Source: Microcoleus sp. S13_C3 (GTDB lineage Bacteria > Cyanobacteriota > Cyanobacteriia > Cyanobacteriales > Microcoleaceae). Taken from it: a stretch of 21,021 nucleotides of DNA. The DNA is taken from assembly GCA_036700905.1 (NCBI GenBank), contig JAUBPT010000012.1; one strand, 5' to 3'. The translations under genes were made by a program, and so were the position numbers. The stretch's first letter is position 1. The number at the start of each line of letters is the position of its first letter. Positions 12,635 to 20,880 of the stretch are shown piece after piece. Below the pieces are notes generated by a model that ran no database searches, was not told the DNA's origin, and saw only the letters and a program-made list of their open reading frames with translations.

Positions 12635-14143
12635 CTACTTCATCTCATATCCAAACAAATTCGGATCGACTTCTCCCAAATTCAAATCAGCCAAACCATA
12701 CTCGGCCCAACGCCTTTCTACCATCGCCGCCACATCGGGATCGGACTCCAAAACTTCCCCCCATTCGTGATCTGTTTCCGGCGGCATCTTCGTAGTAGCA
12801 TCAATCCCCATTCTGCCTCCCAAACCAATCTTTTCACTGGCAAAATCTAACGTATCAAAAGGCGTATTCGGCAGAATAAATACATCCCGAACCGGATCGA
12901 CTTTAGAACTAATTGCCCAAACTACTTGACGCGGGTCGCGAATGTTGATACTTTTATCGACAACAATCACAAACTTAGTGTAAGTAAACTGCGGTAATGC
13001 ACTCCAAAATGCTAAAGCAGCCCTGCGCGCTTGACCGGGATATGCTTTATCGATCGAGATAATTGCCGCTTTATAACTCAGGGCTTCCATCGGTAAGAAG
13101 AAATCGACAATTTCCGATACTTGCTGCCGCAAAATAGGCGTATAAATACGGTTAAGCGCGATCGCCATCATTGCTTCTTCTTTCGGCGGCCGCCCGCTAA
13201 ATGTGGTCAGATAAATCGGGTCTTTGCGGTGCGTCATGCAGTGGAACCGCACCAACGGCGAATCTTCCACGCCGCCGTAATAACCCATGTGATCGCCGAA
13301 GGGCCCGTCGGGCAGAACTTCCCCCGGTGTAATCGTTCCTTCTAACACAATTTCCGAGTCCGCCGGTACTTCCAAATCTACGGTTTTGCACTTCGCCAAT
13401 TGCACGCCGGAACCGCCGTAAAGTCCGGCAAATAACCATTCCGATAAATCTACAGGAATTGGGGTTGCTGCGGCGAGAATAATCAGGGGATCGACTCCAA
13501 GGGCGATCGCAACTTCCAACTTTTTACCAGCCTGCGCCGCTTTCCGCAAGTGCCGCGCCCCGCCCCGCACCGATAACCAGTGTACAGTCATCGTGTTTTT
13601 TGACTGCAACTGCAACCGATAAACCCCCACATTCGGCGTACCCGTTTCGCAATCTTTGGTAATTACCAAACCCAGGGTGATAATTTTGCCCGCATCTCCC
13701 GGATAAGGGCGAATCATCGGGATTTTGTTCAAATCCAGCCCTTCTCCTTCAAATACCACTTGCTGACAAGCTGGGAAAAAGTCGCGGCCCGGTTTGGCTT
13801 TTACTACGTCAAACAGCACTTTGCCGAATTCTATCGCTTGGGAAATCTTTTTGGGCGGTTTTGGCTGTTGCAGCATTCCCAGTTTTTTGCCGAGCTCTTC
13901 TAGTTCGATCGGCTTTTCCATGTTCATCGCCCAGCAAACGCGCTCTTCCGTACCCAACAGGTTGATTGCGACGGGGAATTCGGCCCCTTTGACGTTTTCA
14001 AACAGCAATCCAGGGCCGCCTTTTTGCAGCATTTGGTTGGAAATTTCGGCAATTTCGAGGTCGGAATCGACTAAAGCGCTAATCCGGCGCAGTTGTCCCC
14101 GTTCTTCGAGTAGTTTTAGGAATCCCCGCAAGTCTCTAGCCAT
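12635..14143 (-). CDS. ubiD: UbiD family decarboxylase (4-hydroxybenzoate-prenyl decarboxylase, plastoquinone/ubiquinone pathway type)
   Basis: The protein is 502 aa. MARDLRGFLKLLEERGQLRRISALVDSDLEIAEI...GPGLLFENVKG is a typical UbiD N-terminus. GPFGDHMGYY and the rest are collinear with UbiD family members as I remember them. Confidence 0.9.
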   Translation of the reverse strand: MARDLRGFLKLLEERGQLRRISALVDSDLEIAEISNQMLQKGGPGLLFENVKGAEFPVAINLLGTEERVCWAMNMEKPIELEELGKKLGMLQQPKPPKKISQAIEFGKVLFDVVKAKPGRDFFPACQQVVFEGEGLDLNKIPMIRPYPGDAGKIITLGLVITKDCETGTPNVGVYRLQLQSKNTMTVHWLSVRGGARHLRKAAQAGKKLEVAIALGVDPLIILAAATPIPVDLSEWLFAGLYGGSGVQLAKCKTVDLEVPADSEIVLEGTITPGEVLPDGPFGDHMGYYGGVEDSPLVRFHCMTHRKDPIYLTTFSGRPPKEEAMMAIALNRIYTPILRQQVSEIVDFFLPMEALSYKAAIISIDKAYPGQARRAALAFWSALPQFTYTKFVIVVDKSINIRDPRQVVWAISSKVDPVRDVFILPNTPFDTLDFASEKIGLGGRMGIDATTKMPPETDHEWGEVLESDPDVAAMVERRWAEYGLADLNLGEVDPNLFGYEMK

Positions 14144-14376
14144 TTTTTTTAAGAATTGTTAACGTTCTTTTGTTATTATGAGCCGATCGACTGCCACAAG
14201 TTACTCCTGAACCGCTCAAAAGATACGTATTTAACGAACCGCGAAGACGCCAAGGGCGCGTTCGGCGAAGCCGTTCCCGTTCCCCGCAGGGGTTCGGTGA
14301 AGGGTAGGGTAGGAAGAGAAAGAAGAAGATAGGTAATGCCTTGTTGGGTTCGGGAGGAGGCTGCAATAATAGTTAC

Positions 14377-15816
14377 ATGAAATGTCCTCGATGTGAATCT
14401 GACCAACTTCGTAAAAACGGCCGTCCCAACGGTCATCAGCGGTATCTTTGCAAAGCTTGTCGCAAACAATTTTTAGAGCCGCCCAGTCCGCAGTCTTTAA
14501 GTCGCCAATGCACGGAAACACGGTTAAGCGAAGCTATCCCGCATGAAATCGCCCCTGCAACCACCATAGAGTCAGGCGGGATTGGGATTTTGCTGTTAGA
14601 TGCCGAAAATCTGAAACTTAAGCTTAATACAGAACAATTTTTAGCGGGTTTGTGCGACTATCCCCTGCAAGTTAAAATTGCTTTTGCTAACTGGAAAAAT
14701 CCGAGTACGGGGAAGTTGGATGCTGAACTTTACGATCGCGGTTACGAACTGATTCACGTTCCGGGCGGTGCGAATAGTGCTGATGGTAAGATGATTGCTT
14801 TTGGCGCTGCTATTTTATATCGATATCGGGATGTGCGACAAGTTTTTGTCTGTTCTTCGGATGGTTTGTTAAATCATCTTTGCAATCAGTTGCAAAATCA
14901 GGGAGTGACTGTGTTTCGGGTGCGTCGGCAAAATTCGGTTTTGTCTGTAGAAAATTGTCAGAATGGTGAGAGCAAGCACTATTCTTGCGAAAGGGAAGAG
15001 GAAATCCCTAGTTTTGAAGAATTGGCTAATCAAGTTGCAGAGTTGTTGAAGGCTGAACACAAATCTATTGATGAGCGAATCGCTCGGTTTTATAGTGTGG
15101 CTGAGCTTTTTCAAGAGCGCCGTAATGTTGCGTTCAATTCTACAAATTCCCCAGCAGCAGCACTGGCGGAGTCAGCACAAAACCAACTTCCCCCGGTGCT
15201 TGAACCATCTTTGGCGACCGTTGCTGTTCCTCCAAATATTGCGGAGCAAAATTTGCCAGAAATAATACCGGCTGTCAATTCAAAGGCTATTGAGTCGCTG
15301 GATGTTTTAAAAAATATACTTGTAGAAATAATTGACTCTGCAAAAAATGAGTTGAAAGAGGATGCTATTCCTGTAACAAGAATTAAGAAAGTTTTTTTTG
15401 CTAAATATCACTCTCATGCTGATTTAATTGTAAAAAGCTTTTTGGGTAAAACTTCTAGTTTAATCAAATTTTTGCAGTTGCAATCAGCTACTTTTAAAAT
15501 AAAATTAATCGGTACAGAACATCAAGTGGGACTCGTTCAAAAACCCTCCGATTCAAAAATTGAATTATCTGCCGCCCTCGAAGCATCGGTAGCAAAAATT
15601 GTAATGGCATTAACTGCTGAATCTCCAGGTAGTTACATTCCGATTCCCCAGGTAGCCGGCGAATTTAAAAAGCAATACGGTCAACCAATTACTAAAAAGC
15701 TGAAATCGCTGGATTTGGACACCAAATTTGCCGATTTTTTGCAGTCCTGTAAAATATTTAAAGTTAAGAAAAAAGGTAAAATTTATGAAGTGGCGATCGC
15801 ACAGTCCGCTCCCTGA
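14377..15816 (+). CDS. Zn-ribbon / NYN (PIN-like RNase) / tandem OST-HTH (LOTUS) domain protein
   Basis: The start is set at ATG 14377 (MKCPRCESDQLRKNGRPNGHQRYLCKACRKQF), a CxxC-N17-CxxC ribbon like the InsA/IS1-type N-terminus. The NYN motifs are ILLLDAENL, FANW, IHVPGGANSADGKMI and VFVCSSDGLLNHLCNQLQNQGVTVFRV. Two C-terminal LOTUS-like modules are present (IPVTRIKKVFFAKYH...FKIKLIG and IPIPQVAGEFKKQYGQPI...FLQSCKIFKVKKKGKIYEVAI). Confidence 0.8.
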   Translation: MKCPRCESDQLRKNGRPNGHQRYLCKACRKQFLEPPSPQSLSRQCTETRLSEAIPHEIAPATTIESGGIGILLLDAENLKLKLNTEQFLAGLCDYPLQVKIAFANWKNPSTGKLDAELYDRGYELIHVPGGANSADGKMIAFGAAILYRYRDVRQVFVCSSDGLLNHLCNQLQNQGVTVFRVRRQNSVLSVENCQNGESKHYSCEREEEIPSFEELANQVAELLKAEHKSIDERIARFYSVAELFQERRNVAFNSTNSPAAALAESAQNQLPPVLEPSLATVAVPPNIAEQNLPEIIPAVNSKAIESLDVLKNILVEIIDSAKNELKEDAIPVTRIKKVFFAKYHSHADLIVKSFLGKTSSLIKFLQLQSATFKIKLIGTEHQVGLVQKPSDSKIELSAALEASVAKIVMALTAESPGSYIPIPQVAGEFKKQYGQPITKKLKSLDLDTKFADFLQSCKIFKVKKKGKIYEVAIAQSAP

Positions 15817-15856
15817 TGTATTTAAGAAATCAGGTTTCCAAGTTTCGGTCGAAAAA

Positions 15857-15934
15857 TTTAATCTATTATTAACCAAAATTTAAGACAAGCTTATTCTTTT
15901 ATTATTTAATCTATTATTAACCAAAATTTAAAAC
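15857..15934 (+). promoter_or_regulatory. Two copies of a three-unit Pho box (SphR/PhoB-type) upstream of pstS
   Basis: Box 1 is TTTAATCT-att-ATTAACCA-aaa-TTTAAGAC (15857-15886). Box 2 is TTTAATCT-att-ATTAACCA-aaa-TTTAAAAC (15905-15934). The TTAA cores sit on an 11-bp pitch and match the cyanobacterial 8-bp unit PyTTAAPyPy(T/A) with 3-bp linkers. The boxes are part of a 48-bp direct duplication (15857-15900 and 15905-15948). Confidence 0.7.
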
Positions 15935-16022
15935 AAGCTTATTCTTTTAGATCCCTTTCCTTGCAGATTTCAGTCTATCCTAGGTCGTAGATGTGCAAAG
16001 TCGGCTATTAAGGGAGAGGAGT

Positions 16023-17051
16023 ATGAATTTTTTCACAGGACGTTGGCGACGTAGTTTTATAGTGACACTAGCAGCAGCAGCATTTTCGCTGACTTTGATT
16101 AGTTCTGCTGTAGCTGCTGTAACACTAAATGGTTCGGGAGCAACTTTCCCTAAACCTCTTTACGATCGCTACTTCTCTCAGATGAGAAGTGCAAATCAAA
16201 TTACTGTAAACTACGAAGGAACTGGCAGCGGTGCTGGCATCAAAGCATTAATTGCAGGCACTGTTGATTTCGCAGGCAGCGACGCGCTGATGACGGCGGC
16301 GCAAATAGCCGAAGTAAAGCGCGGCGTCATGGCGGTTCCGACTGCTGGCGGCGCTGTTGCAGTTGTCTACAACTTGCCCGGAGTGACGAATCTGAGGCTA
16401 AATAACGAGGCCATGAAAGGCATCTTTGAAGGCAAGATTACTCGCTGGAATGATGCGAAAATAGCCGGAATTTCTGGACAAGCTAAAGGCTTGCCAAATA
16501 CTGCGATTCGAGTAGCTGTACGCGCAGATAGCAGCGGTACAACCTTTATTTTTTCTAACCACTTGCAGGCGACTGGTAGCAGCATCAAAGCTGCCGCTCA
16601 GCCGAGTTGGCCAGGAAGCCCTGTCAGTGGTCAAGGAAACCCCGGCGTAGCTGCTTTGGTGAAGAATACAGCGGGTGCGATCGGCTACGTTCAAGATACT
16701 TATGCTCGGCAAAACAATCTCCAAACAGCGTTTATTCAAAATAAAGCTGGTAGGTTTGTAGATCCTAGCTTGGCTGAAGCAGAGAAAGCTTTAGCAGGGG
16801 AAACATTTCCCGCAGATTTCCGCTTAGTAGAAGGAAATCCTAACGACGGTTATCCGATTGTTGGTTTGACTTGGCTGTTAATCTACAAACAGTATCCTGC
16901 TGCGAAAGCAGAGGCTATTAAAAAGATGGTTAATTGGGTGATGACTACAGGTCAAGGTATCAACAAACAGCTAGAGTTTACTACAATTCCTTCAGCTACA
17001 GCTCAAAAGGTGGTTCAAACAGTTAATCAGACTGTGGTTGCTAGAGGTTAA
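16023..17051 (+). CDS. pstS: Phosphate ABC transporter substrate-binding protein PstS
   Basis: ATG at 16023 follows GGAGAGGAG. The signal peptide is MNFFTGRWRRSFIVTLAAAAFSLTLISSAVAA. The sequence continues LNGSGATFP...YEGTGSGAGI...SDA...SSGTT, the PstS/PBP-2 phosphate-binding motifs. Confidence 0.92.
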   Translation: MNFFTGRWRRSFIVTLAAAAFSLTLISSAVAAVTLNGSGATFPKPLYDRYFSQMRSANQITVNYEGTGSGAGIKALIAGTVDFAGSDALMTAAQIAEVKRGVMAVPTAGGAVAVVYNLPGVTNLRLNNEAMKGIFEGKITRWNDAKIAGISGQAKGLPNTAIRVAVRADSSGTTFIFSNHLQATGSSIKAAAQPSWPGSPVSGQGNPGVAALVKNTAGAIGYVQDTYARQNNLQTAFIQNKAGRFVDPSLAEAEKALAGETFPADFRLVEGNPNDGYPIVGLTWLLIYKQYPAAKAEAIKKMVNWVMTTGQGINKQLEFTTIPSATAQKVVQTVNQTVVARG

Positions 17052-17162
17052 TTGGGGCTTTTCAGAGTTAGGGATTTTGAGTTCAATGTATGGCTCAGAA
17101 CTCATATTTTGTATAGCAATATTCCTGATGTATGAGTGCCAATAAATCTGCGCTTTTCCCGC

Positions 17163-17218
17163 ATTCCGGCAGGGATTTAAATCCCTGCCTCATAGCGAAA
17201 GTCCTCGCTATGAGGACT
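17163..17218 (+). repeat. Bipartite hairpin repeat element, copy d
   Basis: ATTCCGGCAGGGATTTAAATCCCTGCCTCATAGCGAAAGTCCTCGCTATGAGGACT. Confidence 0.8.
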
Positions 17219-17241
17219 AGGAATAATGACTGATGTAACAA

Positions 17242-17304
17242 GTTCGGCAGAGATTTAATCTCTACCTTATACCGAAAGTCCTCAAGTCCTCGCGAAGGAG
17301 AACT
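17242..17304 (+). repeat. Bipartite hairpin repeat element, copy e (degenerate second hairpin)
   Basis: GTTCGGCAGAGATTTAATCTCTACCTTATACCGAAAGTCCTCAAGTCCTCGCGAAGGAGAACT. Confidence 0.65.
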
Positions 17305-17365
17305 GGTAATAATAGACTATCCATAAAGTGGGTTTTTACCCAGATTTATTTTGGGGAATACCAAC

Positions 17366-17419
17366 AGTCCTCTTGAGAGGACTTTAGCTTTGAGGCGGGG
17401 GTTTAAACCCCCGCCGGAC
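17366..17419 (-). repeat. Bipartite hairpin repeat element, copy f
   Basis: The reverse complement reads GTCCGGCGGGGGTTTAAACCCCCGCCTCAAAGCTAAAGTCCTCTCAAGAGGACT. Confidence 0.8.
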
Positions 17420-17523
17420 TATGGGAATACCAGATCATCCGGCTGCCGGATAGCAGGATAAATGCGTACCCTACAAGCTTGTCTTTCGATCGAATATTTC
17501 GCTTTTTACGCAATAACTCGGCT

Positions 17524-18525
17524 ATGACCAATTTTTCCAAAAAACCGAAAATATCAACTCGGAAACCGACAGAAATAAACACAGAAGTAGATTTGACAGA
17601 TACTGCTGGTGAAGGTCTATGGATGGAGTCAGGATTTACAGTATTTGTATGGGGTTTTGCCCTAGCGACAGCGGGTACGTTGTTTTTGATGAGTGGGGTA
17701 ATTTTTAAAGATGCTTGGCCTGCTATTAGCCAATTTGGACTCTCTTTCTTGTGGAATCCCAAGTGGGATATCGGTGAGTTGCAGTTTGGGGCTTTGCCGT
17801 TTATTTATGGTACTGTAATTAGTTCTGCGATCGGCATAATCATCGCACTTCCTTTAGGGCTGTCAGTAGCTATAGTTACTAGCGAGAACTTCTTACCCGT
17901 TTGGGTGCGATCGCCCTTGGGATTCATGGTTGAATTAATCTCGGCCATTCCCAGCGTGATAGTTGGGCTGTGGGGAATCTTTGTTTTGATTCCCTTTTTG
18001 TTGCCATTGCAGCAGTCATTGTTCGATAATTTCAGTTGGTTTCCCCTGTTCAGCAGCGAACCTTTAGGCCCGGGAATGCTGCCTGCGGGAATACTGTTAT
18101 CAATTATGATTTTGCCCACAGTAGCCGCCATCAGCCGCGATGTATTGATGTCAGTTCCAGTAGATTTGCGAAGTGCTTCCATGTCCCTCGGCGCCACCCG
18201 CTGGGAAACAATATTCAAGCTGTTATTACCAGCAGCTAGTTCAGGGATTATCGGCGCCACCATATTAGCCTTGGGACGCGCATTAGGCGAAACAATGGCA
18301 GTCACAATGGTAATTGGCAACTCGATTCAAATTAACCCATCCCTGCTCGCTCCCAGCTACTCAATTCCTGCTGTTTTGGCAAGTCAATTTCGGGAAGCTG
18401 TCGAACCGCTGCACACGGGGGCTTTGATGTATTTAGCTTTAATTTTATTTGTCATCACTTTGTTGGTAAATGCGATCGCAGTATTGTTGGTTCAGCTAAT
18501 TGGCGCCAAAAAAGCTAAAACTTAA
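17524..18525 (+). CDS. pstC: Phosphate ABC transporter permease PstC
   Basis: It is a multi-pass membrane protein with an EAA-type loop (LGRALGETMAVTMVIGN) and sits between pstS and pstA. The start is set at ATG 17524 (MTNFSKKPK) rather than TTG 17479. Confidence 0.88.
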   Translation: MTNFSKKPKISTRKPTEINTEVDLTDTAGEGLWMESGFTVFVWGFALATAGTLFLMSGVIFKDAWPAISQFGLSFLWNPKWDIGELQFGALPFIYGTVISSAIGIIIALPLGLSVAIVTSENFLPVWVRSPLGFMVELISAIPSVIVGLWGIFVLIPFLLPLQQSLFDNFSWFPLFSSEPLGPGMLPAGILLSIMILPTVAAISRDVLMSVPVDLRSASMSLGATRWETIFKLLLPAASSGIIGATILALGRALGETMAVTMVIGNSIQINPSLLAPSYSIPAVLASQFREAVEPLHTGALMYLALILFVITLLVNAIAVLLVQLIGAKKAKT

Positions 18526-18607
18526 CATCATCGAAAGCAATTTGATCGCAAGCCGCGCAGCCAGATTTATCCCCTGCTTCAATCTCAAATCTAACATCTC
18601 AAATAAC

Positions 18608-19588
18608 ATGGATAAAACACAAAAATTAGACAGTATTCTGGATGCAGAAATCCATAACCCCCTGTCGCTAAGTCGAACTTTTTTCAGTCGGGGAATGACA
18701 GTTATCGCTTTCGCTCTGACAGCTCTCGCCCTGCTCCCTTTGTTTGCTATTTTATACAAAATTCTGGGGGAAGGACTCACACATTTGAGCTGGGAAGTGC
18801 TAGTGTCTCTACCAGCACCCGTCGGAGTTGAAGACCAGCCCAACGGCTTTGCCAATGCGATTCTCGGCACTGCTTTAATGGTAGGAATTGCGACATTAAT
18901 CAGCGTACCCATAGGCGTAATGACGGGAATATTTTTGTCGGAGTTTGGTAGAGAAAACAAAGCGATAGCCAATAGTATTCGGTTTATCACCGTCATTCTC
19001 AGCAGCGTTCCCTCGATCGTAGTTGGCGTCTTTTCCTACGCCCTAATTGTCGTTACCACCAAAGCATTTTCATCCTTAGCAGGCGGTTTCGCCCTCGCCG
19101 TCATCATGCTTCCAGTTGTTGCTCTGACAACAGAACAAGCATTAAAATTAGTGCCTACTTCTTACCGTCTCGCTTCTGCTGGTTTGGGATGCGGACGCTT
19201 TCAAACTATGTTTCGCATTATCATACCCTCAGCACTTCCAACTATTACCACAGGTATTTTACTCGCTGCTTCCCGGGCCGCCGGCGAAACCGCACCGTTG
19301 ATTGTAACGGCGTTGTCGAGTCAATTTTGGCCTCCTTTAGTTGATAAATTGGGCGAGATAATGCAGTCTCCCATAGGTGCAGAAACTATCTCAAAACTCA
19401 AAGAAATTCCCGAAACACTGCTGACTCCGACTCCTTCTATGTCGGTATTAATATATAGCTACGCCAGCTCTCCTTACAAGGATCAGAACGAATTGGCGTG
19501 GACTGCTGCCTCTGTCCTTTTGGGGATGGTTTTAATTGCTAGCGTCGCATCCCGTACAGTAACTCGGAAACGCTTGCAAAATCGATAA
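18608..19588 (+). CDS. pstA: Phosphate ABC transporter permease PstA
   Basis: ATG at 18608 begins MDKTQKLDS.... It is a multi-pass membrane protein with an EAA-type loop (ASRAAGETAPLIVTAL). The ORF-track start at 18500 would overlap pstC and run through non-membrane-like sequence. Confidence 0.88.
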   Translation: MDKTQKLDSILDAEIHNPLSLSRTFFSRGMTVIAFALTALALLPLFAILYKILGEGLTHLSWEVLVSLPAPVGVEDQPNGFANAILGTALMVGIATLISVPIGVMTGIFLSEFGRENKAIANSIRFITVILSSVPSIVVGVFSYALIVVTTKAFSSLAGGFALAVIMLPVVALTTEQALKLVPTSYRLASAGLGCGRFQTMFRIIIPSALPTITTGILLAASRAAGETAPLIVTALSSQFWPPLVDKLGEIMQSPIGAETISKLKEIPETLLTPTPSMSVLIYSYASSPYKDQNELAWTAASVLLGMVLIASVASRTVTRKRLQNR

Positions 19589-19644
19589 TTCAATAAATCC
19601 AGTCTATCTCTCAATCAAATATTAACAATATCACCAGGCAAATA

Positions 19645-20496
19645 ATGAAACCTAAAGCTAACTTGAAATCAGAAAACTATACAGATCAATTCCTAGAAGA
19701 TGCCACCCCGGAAATTGACCCCAATGCACTCCCAGCATTGCGGGTTCAGGACTTGAGTTTTTATTACGGAACTCACAAAGTCTTAGAAAATTTATCGATG
19801 AATATCCCTCATCCGCAAATTACGGCGATTATTGGCCCTTCAGGTTGCGGCAAATCTACCTTTCTCAAAGCTCTCAACCGGATTGGTGAATTGGAGGGAA
19901 AGGTTAAAATTAAAGGAAGAGTAGAGTTTTTTGGACAGGATATTTACAGCCCGAAAGTAAATATTAATAGTTTGCGCCGCCAAATTGGGATGGTGTTTCA
20001 AAGACCAAATCCTTTTCCGCTGAGCATCTACGATAATATTGCTTACGGAGTCAGGATTTTTGGCCGCAAAAGCAAAGCAGAATTAGATGAAATTGTGGAA
20101 ACTGCCCTCAAAAGTGCGGCGCTTTGGAATGAAGTCAAAGACGATTTGAAGAAATCGGCTCAGGGGATTTCGGGGGGACAGCAGCAGCGACTTTGTATTG
20201 CTCGCGCTTTGGCGGTGAAGCCAAAAATTTTGCTGATGGATGAACCTTGTTCTGCTCTTGATCCGATTTCCACGATGAAGATTGAGGAGTTATTTCAGAC
20301 TCTGCGGCAGCAGTTAACTGTTGTGATTGTGACGCACAATATGCAGCAGGCTGCTCGCGTTTCTGATTACACGGCTTTTTTTAATACTGATGAAAGTCGC
20401 ATCGGCCGCCTGGTTGAATTTGGGCCGACAAGTAAGATTTTTACTTCTGCGGGCAATTCGAGTACGAGAGATTACATTCAAGGCCGTTTCGGTTAA
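19645..20496 (+). CDS. pstB: Phosphate ABC transporter ATP-binding protein PstB
   Basis: Walker A is GPSGCGKST, followed by LKALNR. The signature is SGGQQQRLCIARALA, Walker B is ILLMDEPCSALD, and VTHNMQQAARVSD is also present. The C-terminus TRDYIQGRFG is typical of PstB. Confidence 0.93.
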   Translation: MKPKANLKSENYTDQFLEDATPEIDPNALPALRVQDLSFYYGTHKVLENLSMNIPHPQITAIIGPSGCGKSTFLKALNRIGELEGKVKIKGRVEFFGQDIYSPKVNINSLRRQIGMVFQRPNPFPLSIYDNIAYGVRIFGRKSKAELDEIVETALKSAALWNEVKDDLKKSAQGISGGQQQRLCIARALAVKPKILLMDEPCSALDPISTMKIEELFQTLRQQLTVVIVTHNMQQAARVSDYTAFFNTDESRIGRLVEFGPTSKIFTSAGNSSTRDYIQGRFG

Positions 20497-20529
20497 TACC
20501 AGGGTCCTTTCCTTTCTCTCAGTCGCTAT

Positions 20530-20581
20530 ATTCCGACAGGGGCTTAAGTCCCTGTCTCACAGTTAAAGTCCTCTTCAGAAC
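20530..20581 (+). repeat. Bipartite hairpin repeat element, copy g (second hairpin degenerate)
   Basis: ATTCCGACAGGGGCTTAAGTCCCTGTCTCACAGTTAAAGTCCTCTTCAGAAC. Confidence 0.7.
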
Positions 20582-20658
20582 ACTATGAAATAGTAATAGT
20601 ATTTGAATTATCTCAAATCCGCCCTTCATCGTCCTGTATTCATCTCTCTGTTCTCTTC

Positions 20659-20685
20659 CTCTGCGTTCTCTGCGTACTCTGCGGT
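20659..20685 (+). repeat. Three tandem 9-mers CTCTGCGNN
   Basis: CTCTGCGTT CTCTGCGTA CTCTGCGGT. Confidence 0.7.
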
Positions 20686-20771
20686 TTAATCATTCTAATG
20701 CAAGCGGAATTGATATTAGTGTTGACTCATATGGGGCAACATTCTCAAGAAGTATTGCAGTCCTCCTAGCT

Positions 20772-20815
20772 GGGGACTTGATTTTTGAGGCGGGGGTTTA
20801 GGCCCCGGCCGGAAT
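20772..20815 (-). repeat. Bipartite hairpin repeat element, copy h (truncated)
   Basis: The reverse complement reads ATTCCGGCCGGGGCCTAAACCCCCGCCTCAAAAATCAAGTCCCC. Confidence 0.6.
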
Positions 20816-20880
20816 TATTGCAAATATTGCTAGATGTAACCTACTATCAGTATGGCACTGAACAGAAAACCGCTATATTT

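Noticed and set aside
12176-12850. ORFs 12176-12430, 12491-12850 and 12565-12795.
   Set aside because: They are antisense to higB or ubiD, or lie in the structured intergenic region. They have low-complexity or odd composition, and better-supported genes occupy the opposite strand.
14136-14521. Three overlapping minus-strand ORFs (14136-14366, 14176-14469, 14231-14521) in the ubiD/NYN divergent region.
   Set aside because: They are mutually exclusive and have no SD or motifs. They overlap the 5' end of the well-supported Zn-ribbon/NYN gene. The GC-rich segment 14225-14300 has some stem potential, but I could not match it to any riboswitch.
16367-18996. Antisense ORFs within pstS, pstC and pstA (16367-16588, 16398-16739, 17403-17762, 17805-18320, 18496-18996), and plus ORF 18036-18239.
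   Set aside because: They sit opposite to, or out of frame with, clearly identifiable pst genes. ORF 17403-17762 also runs through repeat element f.
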